This document shows positions 26,636 through 34,104 of a DNA stretch of 48,136 nt, one piece after another. This DNA comes from Candidatus Woesearchaeota archaeon (GTDB taxonomy: Archaea; Nanobdellota; Nanobdellia; Woesearchaeales; UBA12501): positions 1 to 48,136 of the forward strand of contig WJJV01000112.1 of NCBI GenBank assembly GCA_014729495.1, read 5' to 3'. Positions within the stretch are counted from its first letter, which is position 1; every line of letters starts with the position of its first letter. A program made the position numbers and the translations under genes. The notes beneath the pieces are model-generated. The model searched no databases and was not told the DNA's origin. It worked only from the letters and a program-made list of their open reading frames with translations.

Positions 26636-27013
26636 ATGCCTTCAATACGGATAACAACCCAAAAGATAAAGATTCTGGAGTATCTTTGGAGCGTTAATCA
26701 TCACCCTACAGCAGATGAGATCTACAGTGAAGTAAAGAAGGATCTTCCTGCAATAAGCCTTGCCACAGTATACAGGAATCTTCACTCGCTTGCAGAGGAG
26801 GGGGATATACAGAAGATTGAAGTCAATAAGGAATTCAGGTTTGACGGAGACATATCACCGCATCAGCACTGCGTTTGCAAGAAGTGCGGAAATATATCTG
26901 AGATATTCAGCAAGGACATAGCCAGACATTCTATGCAGAATGCTGAGACAGAGGATTTTGAGCCTCATTCTGTAAAGACAATATTCCACGGAATATGCAG
27001 GGAGTGCAAGTAG
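26636..27013 (+). CDS. fur: Fur-family metalloregulator (PerR/Fur-like)
   Basis: The winged helix is KILEYLWSVNHHPTADEIYSEVKKDLPAISLATVYRNLHSLAEEG. The metal sites are HQHCVCKKCG ... CRECK. The ORF-track start at 26618 is the alternative. Confidence 0.8.
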   Translation: MPSIRITTQKIKILEYLWSVNHHPTADEIYSEVKKDLPAISLATVYRNLHSLAEEGDIQKIEVNKEFRFDGDISPHQHCVCKKCGNISEIFSKDIARHSMQNAETEDFEPHSVKTIFHGICRECK

Positions 27014-27066
27014 CACATTCCTGATATCCTGACCACACATCCACATAAAAAAAGACAGGAGGTGAT

Positions 27067-27123
27067 ATGATGTCATGCGGAAGTTGCGGAAAAACCAAGA
27101 AAGCAAAGAAGAAAAAGAAATGA
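27067..27123 (+). CDS. Candidate micro-ORF (18 aa) MMSCGSCGKTKKAKKKKK
   Basis: The strong SD GGAGGTGA sits 5 nt upstream of the ATG. The peptide has a CxxC motif plus a poly-Lys tail and is followed by T-rich terminator-like sequence. Too short for the ORF track. Confidence 0.3.
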   Translation: MMSCGSCGKTKKAKKKKK

Positions 27124-27229
27124 TATTCTCTTTTTATTTTTTATATCCTTAAACCAAAGATATCTTTAAGAAACACCATAATACTTATAAAATCTGGGAA
27201 TTTACACCAGACCAAGAGGGGGTAATACA

Positions 27230-27775
27230 ATGACAAAAACCGAAGAAAATCTAAAAGCAGCATTTGCAGGCGAGAGCCAGGCAAGGAACAAGTACACATA
27301 TTTTTCTAAAGTCGCAAGAAAAGAGGGCTATCATTACATTGCAGATCTCTTTGAAGAGACTGCAATGAATGAGATGCAGCATGCAAAAGATGAGTTCAAG
27401 CTTCTGAAAGGTATAGGCAGCACAGCTGAGAACCTCAAAGAGGCTATTGACGGCGAGGATTATGAGACAGTTAAGATGTATCCTGATTTTGCTAAGCAGG
27501 CAGAAGAAGAGGGCAACAAGGAAGCAGCTGCTCTTTTCAAGATGATCGCCAAAGTAGAGGAGCAGCACAGGGAAAGATACAAGAAGCTCCTTGAGATGGT
27601 TGAGAAAGGGGCAGTATTCAGAAGGGAGAAGCCCATAAGGTGGAAGTGCAGCAAGTGCGGCTTCATACACAAAGGAACTGAGCCTCCAGAGAAATGCCCT
27701 TCATGCAAGCATCCAAGAGAGTACTATGCTCCTGAATGCATGTGCTTTGATCCTGAATGCGAAATTTGCAACTAA
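27230..27775 (+). CDS. rbr: Rubrerythrin
   Basis: Diiron four-helix motifs (GESQARNKY, EE..H) plus a C-terminal rubredoxin-like WKCSKCG...CPSC. There is an extra Cys-rich tail, CMCFDPECEIC. Confidence 0.9.
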   Translation: MTKTEENLKAAFAGESQARNKYTYFSKVARKEGYHYIADLFEETAMNEMQHAKDEFKLLKGIGSTAENLKEAIDGEDYETVKMYPDFAKQAEEEGNKEAAALFKMIAKVEEQHRERYKKLLEMVEKGAVFRREKPIRWKCSKCGFIHKGTEPPEKCPSCKHPREYYAPECMCFDPECEICN

Positions 27776-27800
27776 AAAAAGAAATGATGAGGTGAAAAAA

Positions 27801-28085
27801 ATGCTGTCAAAACTTCCAATAAATTTGGAGAAGATTGATGAGAAAGATATGGACAGAGAGATTCTGAGAGCAGGGATAATAGCAGAGCTTGATGCCATAA
27901 ATCTCTACGAGCAGATGGCTGCAATGGCAAATGACAAGAATATAAAGGCCATTCTTCTTGACATAGCCAAAGAAGAGAAGACCCACATTGGAGAATTTCA
28001 AGCCATGCTGTTAAATAGGGACAAGCAGCAGGTTGAAGAGCTTGAGGAAGGAAAGAAGGAAGTCAAGGAAGAAGTAGGTGAATGA
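27801..28085 (+). CDS. Small ferritin-like protein of the encapsulated-ferritin (EncFtn) type
   Basis: IIAELDAINLYEQM ... AKEEKTHIGEFQAML matches the E..(Y)..EExxH pattern of EncFtn-like proteins. The ATG at 27801 is preceded by TGAGGTGAAAAA. The ORF-track start at 27726 overlaps rbr. Confidence 0.6.
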   Translation: MLSKLPINLEKIDEKDMDREILRAGIIAELDAINLYEQMAAMANDKNIKAILLDIAKEEKTHIGEFQAMLLNRDKQQVEELEEGKKEVKEEVGE

Positions 28086-28094
28086 GGTGAAAAA

Positions 28095-28481
28095 GTGGCT
28101 GTAAAAAAGATTAATGAGGTATACAAATGTTCTGTGTGCGGAAATGTCATCACAGTTCTTGAAGTTGGCGGCGGAGAACTGGTCTGCTGCGATAAGCCAA
28201 TGATCCTTCAGGAAGAGAAGACACAGGAGCAGGAAGGCAAGGAGAAGCATGTTCCTGTAATTGAAAAGACAGAAGAAGGAACCAAAATAAAGGTTGGATC
28301 AATCCCCCACCCAATGGAAAAAGAGCATTTCATTGAATGGATTGAAGTCCTTGATAATGGCAAGTCGTGCAGAAAATTCTTAAAACCAGGAGATGCTCCG
28401 GAAGCTTTACCAAAAGCAGATATGTCTAATGATGCTGTCTTAAGAATTTACTGCAATGTTCATGGGCTGTGGAAAAGCTGA
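28095..28481 (+). CDS. dfx: Desulfoferrodoxin (2Fe superoxide reductase)
   Basis: The N-terminal desulforedoxin is CSVCGNV..x..CCDKPM. SOR centre II ligands: KHVPV, HPMEKEHFIEWIE, YCNVHGLW. The GTG start is preceded by TGAGGTGAAAAA. Confidence 0.85.
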   Translation: MAVKKINEVYKCSVCGNVITVLEVGGGELVCCDKPMILQEEKTQEQEGKEKHVPVIEKTEEGTKIKVGSIPHPMEKEHFIEWIEVLDNGKSCRKFLKPGDAPEALPKADMSNDAVLRIYCNVHGLWKS

Positions 28482-28521
28482 TTAGAATGCATCATAGTGC
28501 AGTAAATCATTGAGGTGAAAA

Positions 28522-28674
28522 ATGCCGGAAAAAAGATTCTTCAGATGCAATGTATGCAGTGACATACATTATGGCATTGCAGGGCCTGAAGCCTGCCCGA
28601 CATGCCAGACAGAAAACGCATTCATAGAAGTGCCTGAGAAAGAGGCAAGGATGGTGATGAAGCTTGGAGAATGA
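28522..28674 (+). CDS. Rubredoxin-like zinc-ribbon protein (50 aa)
   Basis: Manual translation gives MPEKRFFRCNVCSDIHYGIAGPEACPTCQTENAFIEVPEKEARMVMKLGE, with CxxC...CxxC. The ATG is preceded by TGAGGTGAAAA. Below the ORF-track size cutoff. Confidence 0.55.
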   Translation: MPEKRFFRCNVCSDIHYGIAGPEACPTCQTENAFIEVPEKEARMVMKLGE

Positions 28675-28933
28675 TCAGATCATAAAGCTGTGGGAGGAAT
28701 TTGCTGAAGGAAAAGATTTCAAGCTCAATCCTGACACAAAGATAGTCCAAGCTCTTGCAGAAGGAGTACTCAAGAACGAGAAGAACAAAGGATTCAGATT
28801 CTGCCCATGCAGGCTAGGCGACGGAAGCCATGAAAAGAATGTTGATCTGCTCTGCCCGTGCAATTTCATAATACACAGCACATGGAAAGATAAAGGCAGG
28901 TGCTGGTGCGGGCTGTTTGTGAAAAGAGAATGA
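28664..28933 (+). CDS. Ferredoxin-thioredoxin reductase catalytic-subunit-like protein (FTRc/FDR family)
   Basis: The CPCR ... CPC ... H ... CWCGLF cluster/disulfide motif. The only plausible start is the TTG at 28664, with GGTGA 7 nt upstream. It overlaps the rubredoxin-like ORF by 11 nt. Confidence 0.75.
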   Translation: MENDQIIKLWEEFAEGKDFKLNPDTKIVQALAEGVLKNEKNKGFRFCPCRLGDGSHEKNVDLLCPCNFIIHSTWKDKGRCWCGLFVKRE

Positions 28934-28950
28934 AGAAGAAAAAGAAATGA

Positions 28951-29583
28951 TTATCCAAGAATCTCAACCCTGACCTGGCATCCCTTTTTGAACCTCTCAG
29001 CATCAGGCTTCTTTCCGACAATGCTTCCGTAATGCATAGGTATTGCCACTTTTGGCCTGAACCTGTTGACAGCATCAGCTGCCTCTTCTGCTGTCATCAC
29101 ATATGTTCCTGAAACCGGAACAAGAGCTATGTCTATATTAGTTAATGACTGCATCTCAGGTATGCTGTCAGTGTCTCCTGCATGGTATATCCTCTTTCCA
29201 TTGACAGTCAATATGAATCCAACCCATTCATTCTCTTTGGGATGGAACTGCTTGTCCTTGTTGTATGCAGGCACTGCTTCTATCACAGTTCCCTGCACAT
29301 TCACCTTGTCTCCTGGCCTGACAAGAGTCACGCTTGCGATCTCAAGATTTGATAGCTTGCTCTGGCAGTCAGCAACTGTCACGATTATGGTGTCCTGCTT
29401 TATTATCTTCTTTATGTCCTCCATGCTGCAGTGATCATAATGCTCATGCGTGATGAGTATGAGATCAGCTTTCTCATTGTTGTCTCCCAGCCTGAATGGA
29501 TCTATGTAGATGACCTTCTCATTCTTGAGAAGGAATCCTGCATGCCCAAGCCATTCTATGTTCACTCCCTCAATCTCTGTCAT
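28951..29583 (-). CDS. Metallo-beta-lactamase-fold hydrolase (UPF0173-like)
   Basis: THEHYDH motif; 210 aa. Confidence 0.8.
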   Translation of the reverse strand: MTEIEGVNIEWLGHAGFLLKNEKVIYIDPFRLGDNNEKADLILITHEHYDHCSMEDIKKIIKQDTIIVTVADCQSKLSNLEIASVTLVRPGDKVNVQGTVIEAVPAYNKDKQFHPKENEWVGFILTVNGKRIYHAGDTDSIPEMQSLTNIDIALVPVSGTYVMTAEEAADAVNRFRPKVAIPMHYGSIVGKKPDAERFKKGCQVRVEILG

Positions 29584-29592
29584 TGCATCACC

Positions 29593-30552
29593 TCATATCA
29601 CAAGCTTTCCCTTGTCCATCACAATCCTGTCATCTAGGTATATGGTCGGCTTCCTGAACACTCCATCAAGATGGCAGGGTGCATATGTGGGGCCGCCCAT
29701 GCCTTTGCTGTTTCCGAGAGCTATGTGGGCTGTTCCGAGAACCTTCTCATCCTCAAGCACTATCCCGCTTATCCTGGAGTAGGGGTTTGTGCCTATTCCT
29801 ACTTCTGCAATATTATAGGCGTTCTTTCCGCACTTCTTGAGTATCTTCCTGAGCTCTGCAGCTGTCTTTCCGCCCTGTATCCTGACAGCATAGCCGTCCT
29901 TGACAGTCACTTTCACAGGCTTGTCAACTTTTCCTTCTATGCCAAAGCTTGCATCCACAACAAATGTTCCCTGAGTCTTCTTATATTTTGGCACAAAGAA
30001 TGCCTCTCCTGCTGGAAGGTTTCCTCTGCTTCCTTTCTTTGTTATCAGGCCGTCATCATAAAAAACTAGATAGTCCTTGCTTACCTCTGCTCTTATATCA
30101 GTTCCTGCTGATGTGATGATCCTTATCCTCTTTGACTTCATTATCATACTGGCCAGTTTTCTTGTGGTTATGCTTATTCCAGTATAATCTGATGTGAGCC
30201 CTCTCTTGAAAGCTCCCTCAGTTATTCCAGGAAGTGATGCCACTCTTGCGCCTTTCTTCATCGCATCGCTAATAGCGTTTGTGTGGGTTATTGACTTTGA
30301 TGTTGGAGCTATTATCACATCATATTTCTTCATCACTTCTGCGACAATTGCAGGAGGCTCTTCACCGCTTACCTCTGCTTCAGGTATGGTCACCAGCATG
30401 GAATTCCTGCATTTGTAGAATGCTGCATAATAGATCTCTTTTGCTATCTTCTTCTTTTTCCTGTCTGTTATTATGAGAAGAGTCTCTGTCTTCTTCAGCT
30501 TGAGGCAGGAGTTAAGTGTTATGCTTGCTGCTTTGTTCATATTCTCATCCAT
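29593..30552 (-). CDS. M29-family aminopeptidase (AmpS/aminopeptidase T-like)
   Basis: GNLPAGEAF, EDEKVLGTAHIALG and APCHLDGV are typical of thermophilic metalloaminopeptidases. Confidence 0.7.
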   Translation of the reverse strand: MDENMNKAASITLNSCLKLKKTETLLIITDRKKKKIAKEIYYAAFYKCRNSMLVTIPEAEVSGEEPPAIVAEVMKKYDVIIAPTSKSITHTNAISDAMKKGARVASLPGITEGAFKRGLTSDYTGISITTRKLASMIMKSKRIRIITSAGTDIRAEVSKDYLVFYDDGLITKKGSRGNLPAGEAFFVPKYKKTQGTFVVDASFGIEGKVDKPVKVTVKDGYAVRIQGGKTAAELRKILKKCGKNAYNIAEVGIGTNPYSRISGIVLEDEKVLGTAHIALGNSKGMGGPTYAPCHLDGVFRKPTIYLDDRIVMDKGKLVI

Positions 30553-30847
30553 ACATATCCCTCAGAGTATCAGATATCACCTGCTTTGTTTCTTCTTCAA
30601 AAAGCTTTTCAATCCTGGCTTCTATCTCCATTCTTTCTTGGGTTGTGATCTTCAGTACCTTGATGTATCCCAGGCAGTTGCAGTCCTTGTCGCACAGCAT
30701 TATGTTTATTCCAATAGGGTATATCCGGTGATGATCCTTGAAGAATGTCCTTTTCTCTCCTTCTCTTATACCCTTTAGCTGTTCTTCATCCTTTATCTTG
30801 AGTATCCAGTTGAACTCCACATTAAATCCCATTGTATCAGTCTCCAA
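30545..30847 (-). CDS. Hypothetical protein (100 aa)
   Basis: The ORF overlaps the downstream aminopeptidase start by 8 nt, suggesting operon coupling. No family recognised. Confidence 0.5.
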   Translation of the reverse strand: METDTMGFNVEFNWILKIKDEEQLKGIREGEKRTFFKDHHRIYPIGINIMLCDKDCNCLGYIKVLKITTQERMEIEARIEKLFEEETKQVISDTLRDMYG

Positions 30848-30885
30848 CTTGTTACATGATGATATTTGATGATGCTATAAGACCA

Positions 30886-31461
30886 TCATCTCTCAATCTT
30901 CTTGAGTCCTTTCCACCAACTGTTAGGGTCTGCTTTCTCTATCTGCTTGAAAAGCTTCTTAGCGCTTGATGTCCTTAAAAGCTTCCTTATGTTTTCTATC
31001 CAGTTCTGGGCATCCTTATAGCCCATCACAAGATACTCTCTTGCCTGGACAGCATTCTCAAGAAGGTCAGCATCCCTGGCGATTATAGATTCCTTTGTCT
31101 TCTGCGCCTGGAACTCCTCATGCATTGAGAATATGCTCTTTCCGATAGTGCCCAGCCCGGAAGTCTGCTCCTTATGAGCCTCTGTCTCTGCTTTCCTGAA
31201 GTCAATATACCTGTGGCCGACCTTATGCAGGTCATTCAGCCTCGCTTCGTGCAGGTCATTGAACAGGCACATCATTGCTGCTCTTGAACAATCTGCACTT
31301 TCCATCTCTGCGAGAACATGGCCTATGATGGCTGCTCTGAAGCTGTGTTCTGCTACACTTTCAGGATCCTTGATTCCCAGAAGCCAGAAGCCGCTTCTCT
31401 TCACTCTTTTCAGCTGGCCTGTCTCAAAAAAGAAGTCTGTTATGTTATCAGTATTTTTCAT
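30886..31461 (-). CDS. HD-domain phosphohydrolase (YfbR-like)
   Basis: ESVAEHSFRAA, NDLHEARLNDL and RDADLLE motifs. Confidence 0.8.
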   Translation of the reverse strand: MKNTDNITDFFFETGQLKRVKRSGFWLLGIKDPESVAEHSFRAAIIGHVLAEMESADCSRAAMMCLFNDLHEARLNDLHKVGHRYIDFRKAETEAHKEQTSGLGTIGKSIFSMHEEFQAQKTKESIIARDADLLENAVQAREYLVMGYKDAQNWIENIRKLLRTSSAKKLFKQIEKADPNSWWKGLKKIER

Positions 31462-31568
31462 CAGTCAAAACCCCCTTTTATTGGTTCTCCAGAGTTAGAG
31501 AGGCTTTTTTTATAAAGTTTTTTAAAACGAAACATTTATATATAAACAACTATTTAATTCAACCTATT

Positions 31569-32147
31569 ATGGCTGATTCAGTGTTTAGAGGTGCACTGGT
31601 TTTCTTGGAAGAGATTGGCATCTATGATGTTGTCCTTCCGTTCCTTCTTGTGTTCGCCATAGTGTTCGCGATACTTGAGAAAACAAAGATACTCGGCGTT
31701 GATGTGATCGAGGGAGTTGAGTATCCAAAGAAGAGCATAAATGCGGTTATAGCATTTGTGATAGGTTTCCTTGTGATAATATCCACACGGCTTGTGGGAG
31801 CCATAAATGAAGCAATGGCTAATATAGTTCTCCTATTGCTTGTGTCTGTGAGCTTCCTGCTCATGATAGGAACTTTCTTCCATTATGAAGAGAAAACCTT
31901 CCTTGAGAAAGGAGGATGGAGGACATTCTTCATGGTCATAATGTTCATTGCAATTGTGCTGATATTCCTGCAGGCAATCAAGACAGATAGTGGTGTAAGC
32001 TGGCTTGAGGCTTTCTGGAATTTCCTGGCCAATAACTGGGCAACAAGCTATACTGCTTCAATAATACTTCTGGTTGTGGTAATAGTGGTCATACTGTTCA
32101 TAACATACGAAAGAAAACCATCAAAAGGAAAAGGTGAAGGTGAATAA
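31569..32147 (+). CDS. Multi-pass membrane protein, tandem paralog 1 of 3 (unknown family)
   Basis: 192 aa with 4-5 TM segments. The N-terminal LEEIGIYDVVLPFLLVFAIVFAILEKTKILG is near-identical to paralog 2. Confidence 0.65.
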   Translation: MADSVFRGALVFLEEIGIYDVVLPFLLVFAIVFAILEKTKILGVDVIEGVEYPKKSINAVIAFVIGFLVIISTRLVGAINEAMANIVLLLLVSVSFLLMIGTFFHYEEKTFLEKGGWRTFFMVIMFIAIVLIFLQAIKTDSGVSWLEAFWNFLANNWATSYTASIILLVVVIVVILFITYERKPSKGKGEGE

Positions 32148-32149
32148 AA

Positions 32150-32734
32150 ATGGGATATTTTGATAATGCTATCATCTGGCTGGATCAGATTGGAGTCGCT
32201 GATGTTATAGTGCCGTTCTTTCTGGTCTTTGCAATAGTTTTTGCTATACTGCAGAAGACAAGGATCCTTGGTGATCCAAAGAAAGTCAAGAATCTGAATG
32301 TGATGATAGCTCTGCTTCTGGGACTTGGAGTTGTCATACCTCATGTCACTGGAAGATATCCCACCCAATATGACATTGTTGAGATAATGAACAGGGCGCT
32401 TCCTCAGGTATCCCTTATAATAGTGGCTGTAATAATGATACTGCTGCTCATAGGCATGTTTGGTGGAGAGGCTAATTGGGTCACAGGCCCTTTTGCAGGC
32501 TTCATAGCAGTTATAGCATTCATACTTGTGATATACATCTTCGGAGCAGCAGCCAACCTCTGGGAGTACATAACCTGGCTCTACTGGCTGGATAATCCTG
32601 ATACACAGGCGCTGATAGTGGTTCTGCTGGTGTTCGGGCTCATAACATACTTCATAGTAAGAGAACCAAAAGAGTCCAAGGGAGAGGGCATGCTCAAGAA
32701 TATCTCTGATTTCTTCAAGAAACCAGGGGAATGA
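32150..32734 (+). CDS. Multi-pass membrane protein, tandem paralog 2 of 3
   Basis: 194 aa. LDQIGVADVIVPFFLVFAIVFAILQKTRILG. There is a 2-nt gap to paralog 1. Confidence 0.65.
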   Translation: MGYFDNAIIWLDQIGVADVIVPFFLVFAIVFAILQKTRILGDPKKVKNLNVMIALLLGLGVVIPHVTGRYPTQYDIVEIMNRALPQVSLIIVAVIMILLLIGMFGGEANWVTGPFAGFIAVIAFILVIYIFGAAANLWEYITWLYWLDNPDTQALIVVLLVFGLITYFIVREPKESKGEGMLKNISDFFKKPGE

Positions 32735-32742
32735 TGTGAAAG

Positions 32743-33315
32743 ATGGTTACTATACTTGATTCAGGACTGCTGGAGCATTTCACGCTCATATTCTCATTGA
32801 TATTCGTGATAGCGATAATCTATGGAATCTTCTCAATGGGAAAGGTGTTTGGAGACAACAAAGGCCTGCATGCGCTGATAGCGCTTGTTGTAGGGCTGCT
32901 TGTCATAATGGTCCCGGACATAACCAATATCATTGCTGTGATGATACCCTGGTTCACGCTGCTCTTCATATTCATACTGTTCCTACTGATAACCTATAAG
33001 ATATTCGGAGCCACAGATTCAGACATCATGAGCGTACTCAGGGTGGACAATGTGGTGATATGGGTCATTATAATAATAGCAATAGTGATCGTGATCGCCT
33101 CATTCTCAAATGTCTACGGCCAGAAGCTTCTTGAATCAGGAGATGGAGAGACTGTGGATGCAGATGACACAGCATCAATAGACTCGACTGCCAGCTCATC
33201 ATTCGGATCAAATGTCAGCGCGACATTCTTCCATCCAAAGGTTCTTGGCATGTTATTCATCCTGATTGTGGCAGTGTTCACAATATCACTGCTGGCCATG
33301 AAGACAAAGGCATGA
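32743..33315 (+). CDS. Multi-pass membrane protein, divergent tandem paralog 3 of 3
   Basis: 190 aa with the same TM layout. It carries an acidic/Ser-rich loop, GDGETVDADDTASIDSTASSS. Confidence 0.6.
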   Translation: MVTILDSGLLEHFTLIFSLIFVIAIIYGIFSMGKVFGDNKGLHALIALVVGLLVIMVPDITNIIAVMIPWFTLLFIFILFLLITYKIFGATDSDIMSVLRVDNVVIWVIIIIAIVIVIASFSNVYGQKLLESGDGETVDADDTASIDSTASSSFGSNVSATFFHPKVLGMLFILIVAVFTISLLAMKTKA

Positions 33316-33440
33316 AGTCATTGTATCTTGGATTCTATTTGTTTGATTACCTTAGATCATTCCTGGCCTTTCTGATAAGATGCTGGTCTTGTGACATTGG
33401 TAAGATAGCAAATCTTATTGTGAATGAATCTGGAATCTCT

Positions 33441-33660
33441 TCCTAGCCTCTCCGATCAGGTGCTGCTATCTCTATGTCGGAGAGGTGGCAATGGCTTTAA
33501 GAGGATTGTATTGCATTTTTCTCCTAGCCTCTCCGATAAGCGCAGCAAATCCGGCCACGGAGAGGTGGTTATTCCTTTTAGTTTATTCTATTGCAACATA
33601 CTCCTATACTCTCCGGTTAGACGTTGCTACCCTGACATCGGAGAGGTGGCACTCCTCTTA
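33441..33660. repeat. Three tandem ~80-bp units, each an 8-9-bp hairpin CCTCTCCG(A)/(T)CGGAGAGG over a 21-23-nt variable loop, followed by GTGG
   Basis: Stems at 33447-33455/33477-33485, 33528-33535/33558-33565 and 33609-33615/33639-33645. The period is 81 then 80 bp. The flanks TCCTAGCC and GGTGGCA..CTTT.AG are also conserved. Confidence 0.85.
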
Positions 33661-33670
33661 GCTTTAGCTA

Positions 33671-33962
33671 GGCAGCAACAACAAGGACGAATATTGAGTG
33701 TAGAGGGAAAACCAGTTACGCAGTTCTGGTTTTCCCTTTACGAATAGGACAAATTGCGAAGCAATTTGGCCGTATATGAGTCCACTGTTGTTGTTGCTGC
33801 CTTATAAGTTATAGTATCTCCTTTTTGGCCGTCTGCTGCCAGTATTGTTGTTGCAAATGCAGAGCTTTTGCAACTAAGAAAATGCAAAGCATTTTCTGTT
33901 GTTGCCGATATTAACTTAAAATATTATCATCGACCGTGTACGAATCCAATGTTGCTGCTGCC
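33671..33962 (+). ncRNA. Candidate structured RNA / repeat module region (unclassified)
   Basis: A 14-bp inverted pair, 33671-33684/33788-33801, encloses a 15-bp hairpin at 33701-33740 (its G-U pair is plus-sense only) and an 8-bp GAA-triloop hairpin at 33750-33768. Further hairpins lie at 33850-33874 and 33878-33896 (AAA triloop). The TCC..TGTTG.TGCTGCC module recurs. Confidence 0.35.
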
Positions 33963-34104
33963 TCCATAAATATATACTAATTTGTCCATCATTGTTTTTT
34001 GTAAATACAATCATTAGATTCTTGCTGCAATAAACATAAGAAGATACTGGGGAGCTGATTCATATAATAAATACTAAAAGCAACAATAAAAGAATTGACA
34101 AAGA

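Noticed and set aside
31569-33315. Interpreting the three membrane paralogs as type IV pilins for the nearby ATPase/platform
   Set aside because: There is no class III signal peptide (no short basic N-terminus followed by a G/A cleavage site and a single hydrophobic helix). They are multi-pass proteins.
33441-33660. A possible mini-CRISPR array (regularly spaced repeats)
   Set aside because: The repeated elements are the two complementary halves of one hairpin, CCTCTCCG and CGGAGAGG. The whole ~80-bp unit is homologous rather than repeat plus unique spacer. There are only three units and no cas genes in the window.
33424-33747. The 107-aa plus-strand ORF across the hairpin units
   Set aside because: The apparent protein repeat (SPSLSD) merely mirrors the DNA repeat. 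The third unit is out of frame (80 bp versus 81 bp). There is no RBS and the composition is implausible.
33316-34104. Calling the gap a replication origin
   Set aside because: Inverted repeats with a TCCA-TG-like core plus an AT-rich stretch are suggestive. But no orc1/cdc6 gene is adjacent, the repeats do not match ORB or mini-ORB consensus well, and I cannot compute skew. It is kept only as an alternative within the finding.
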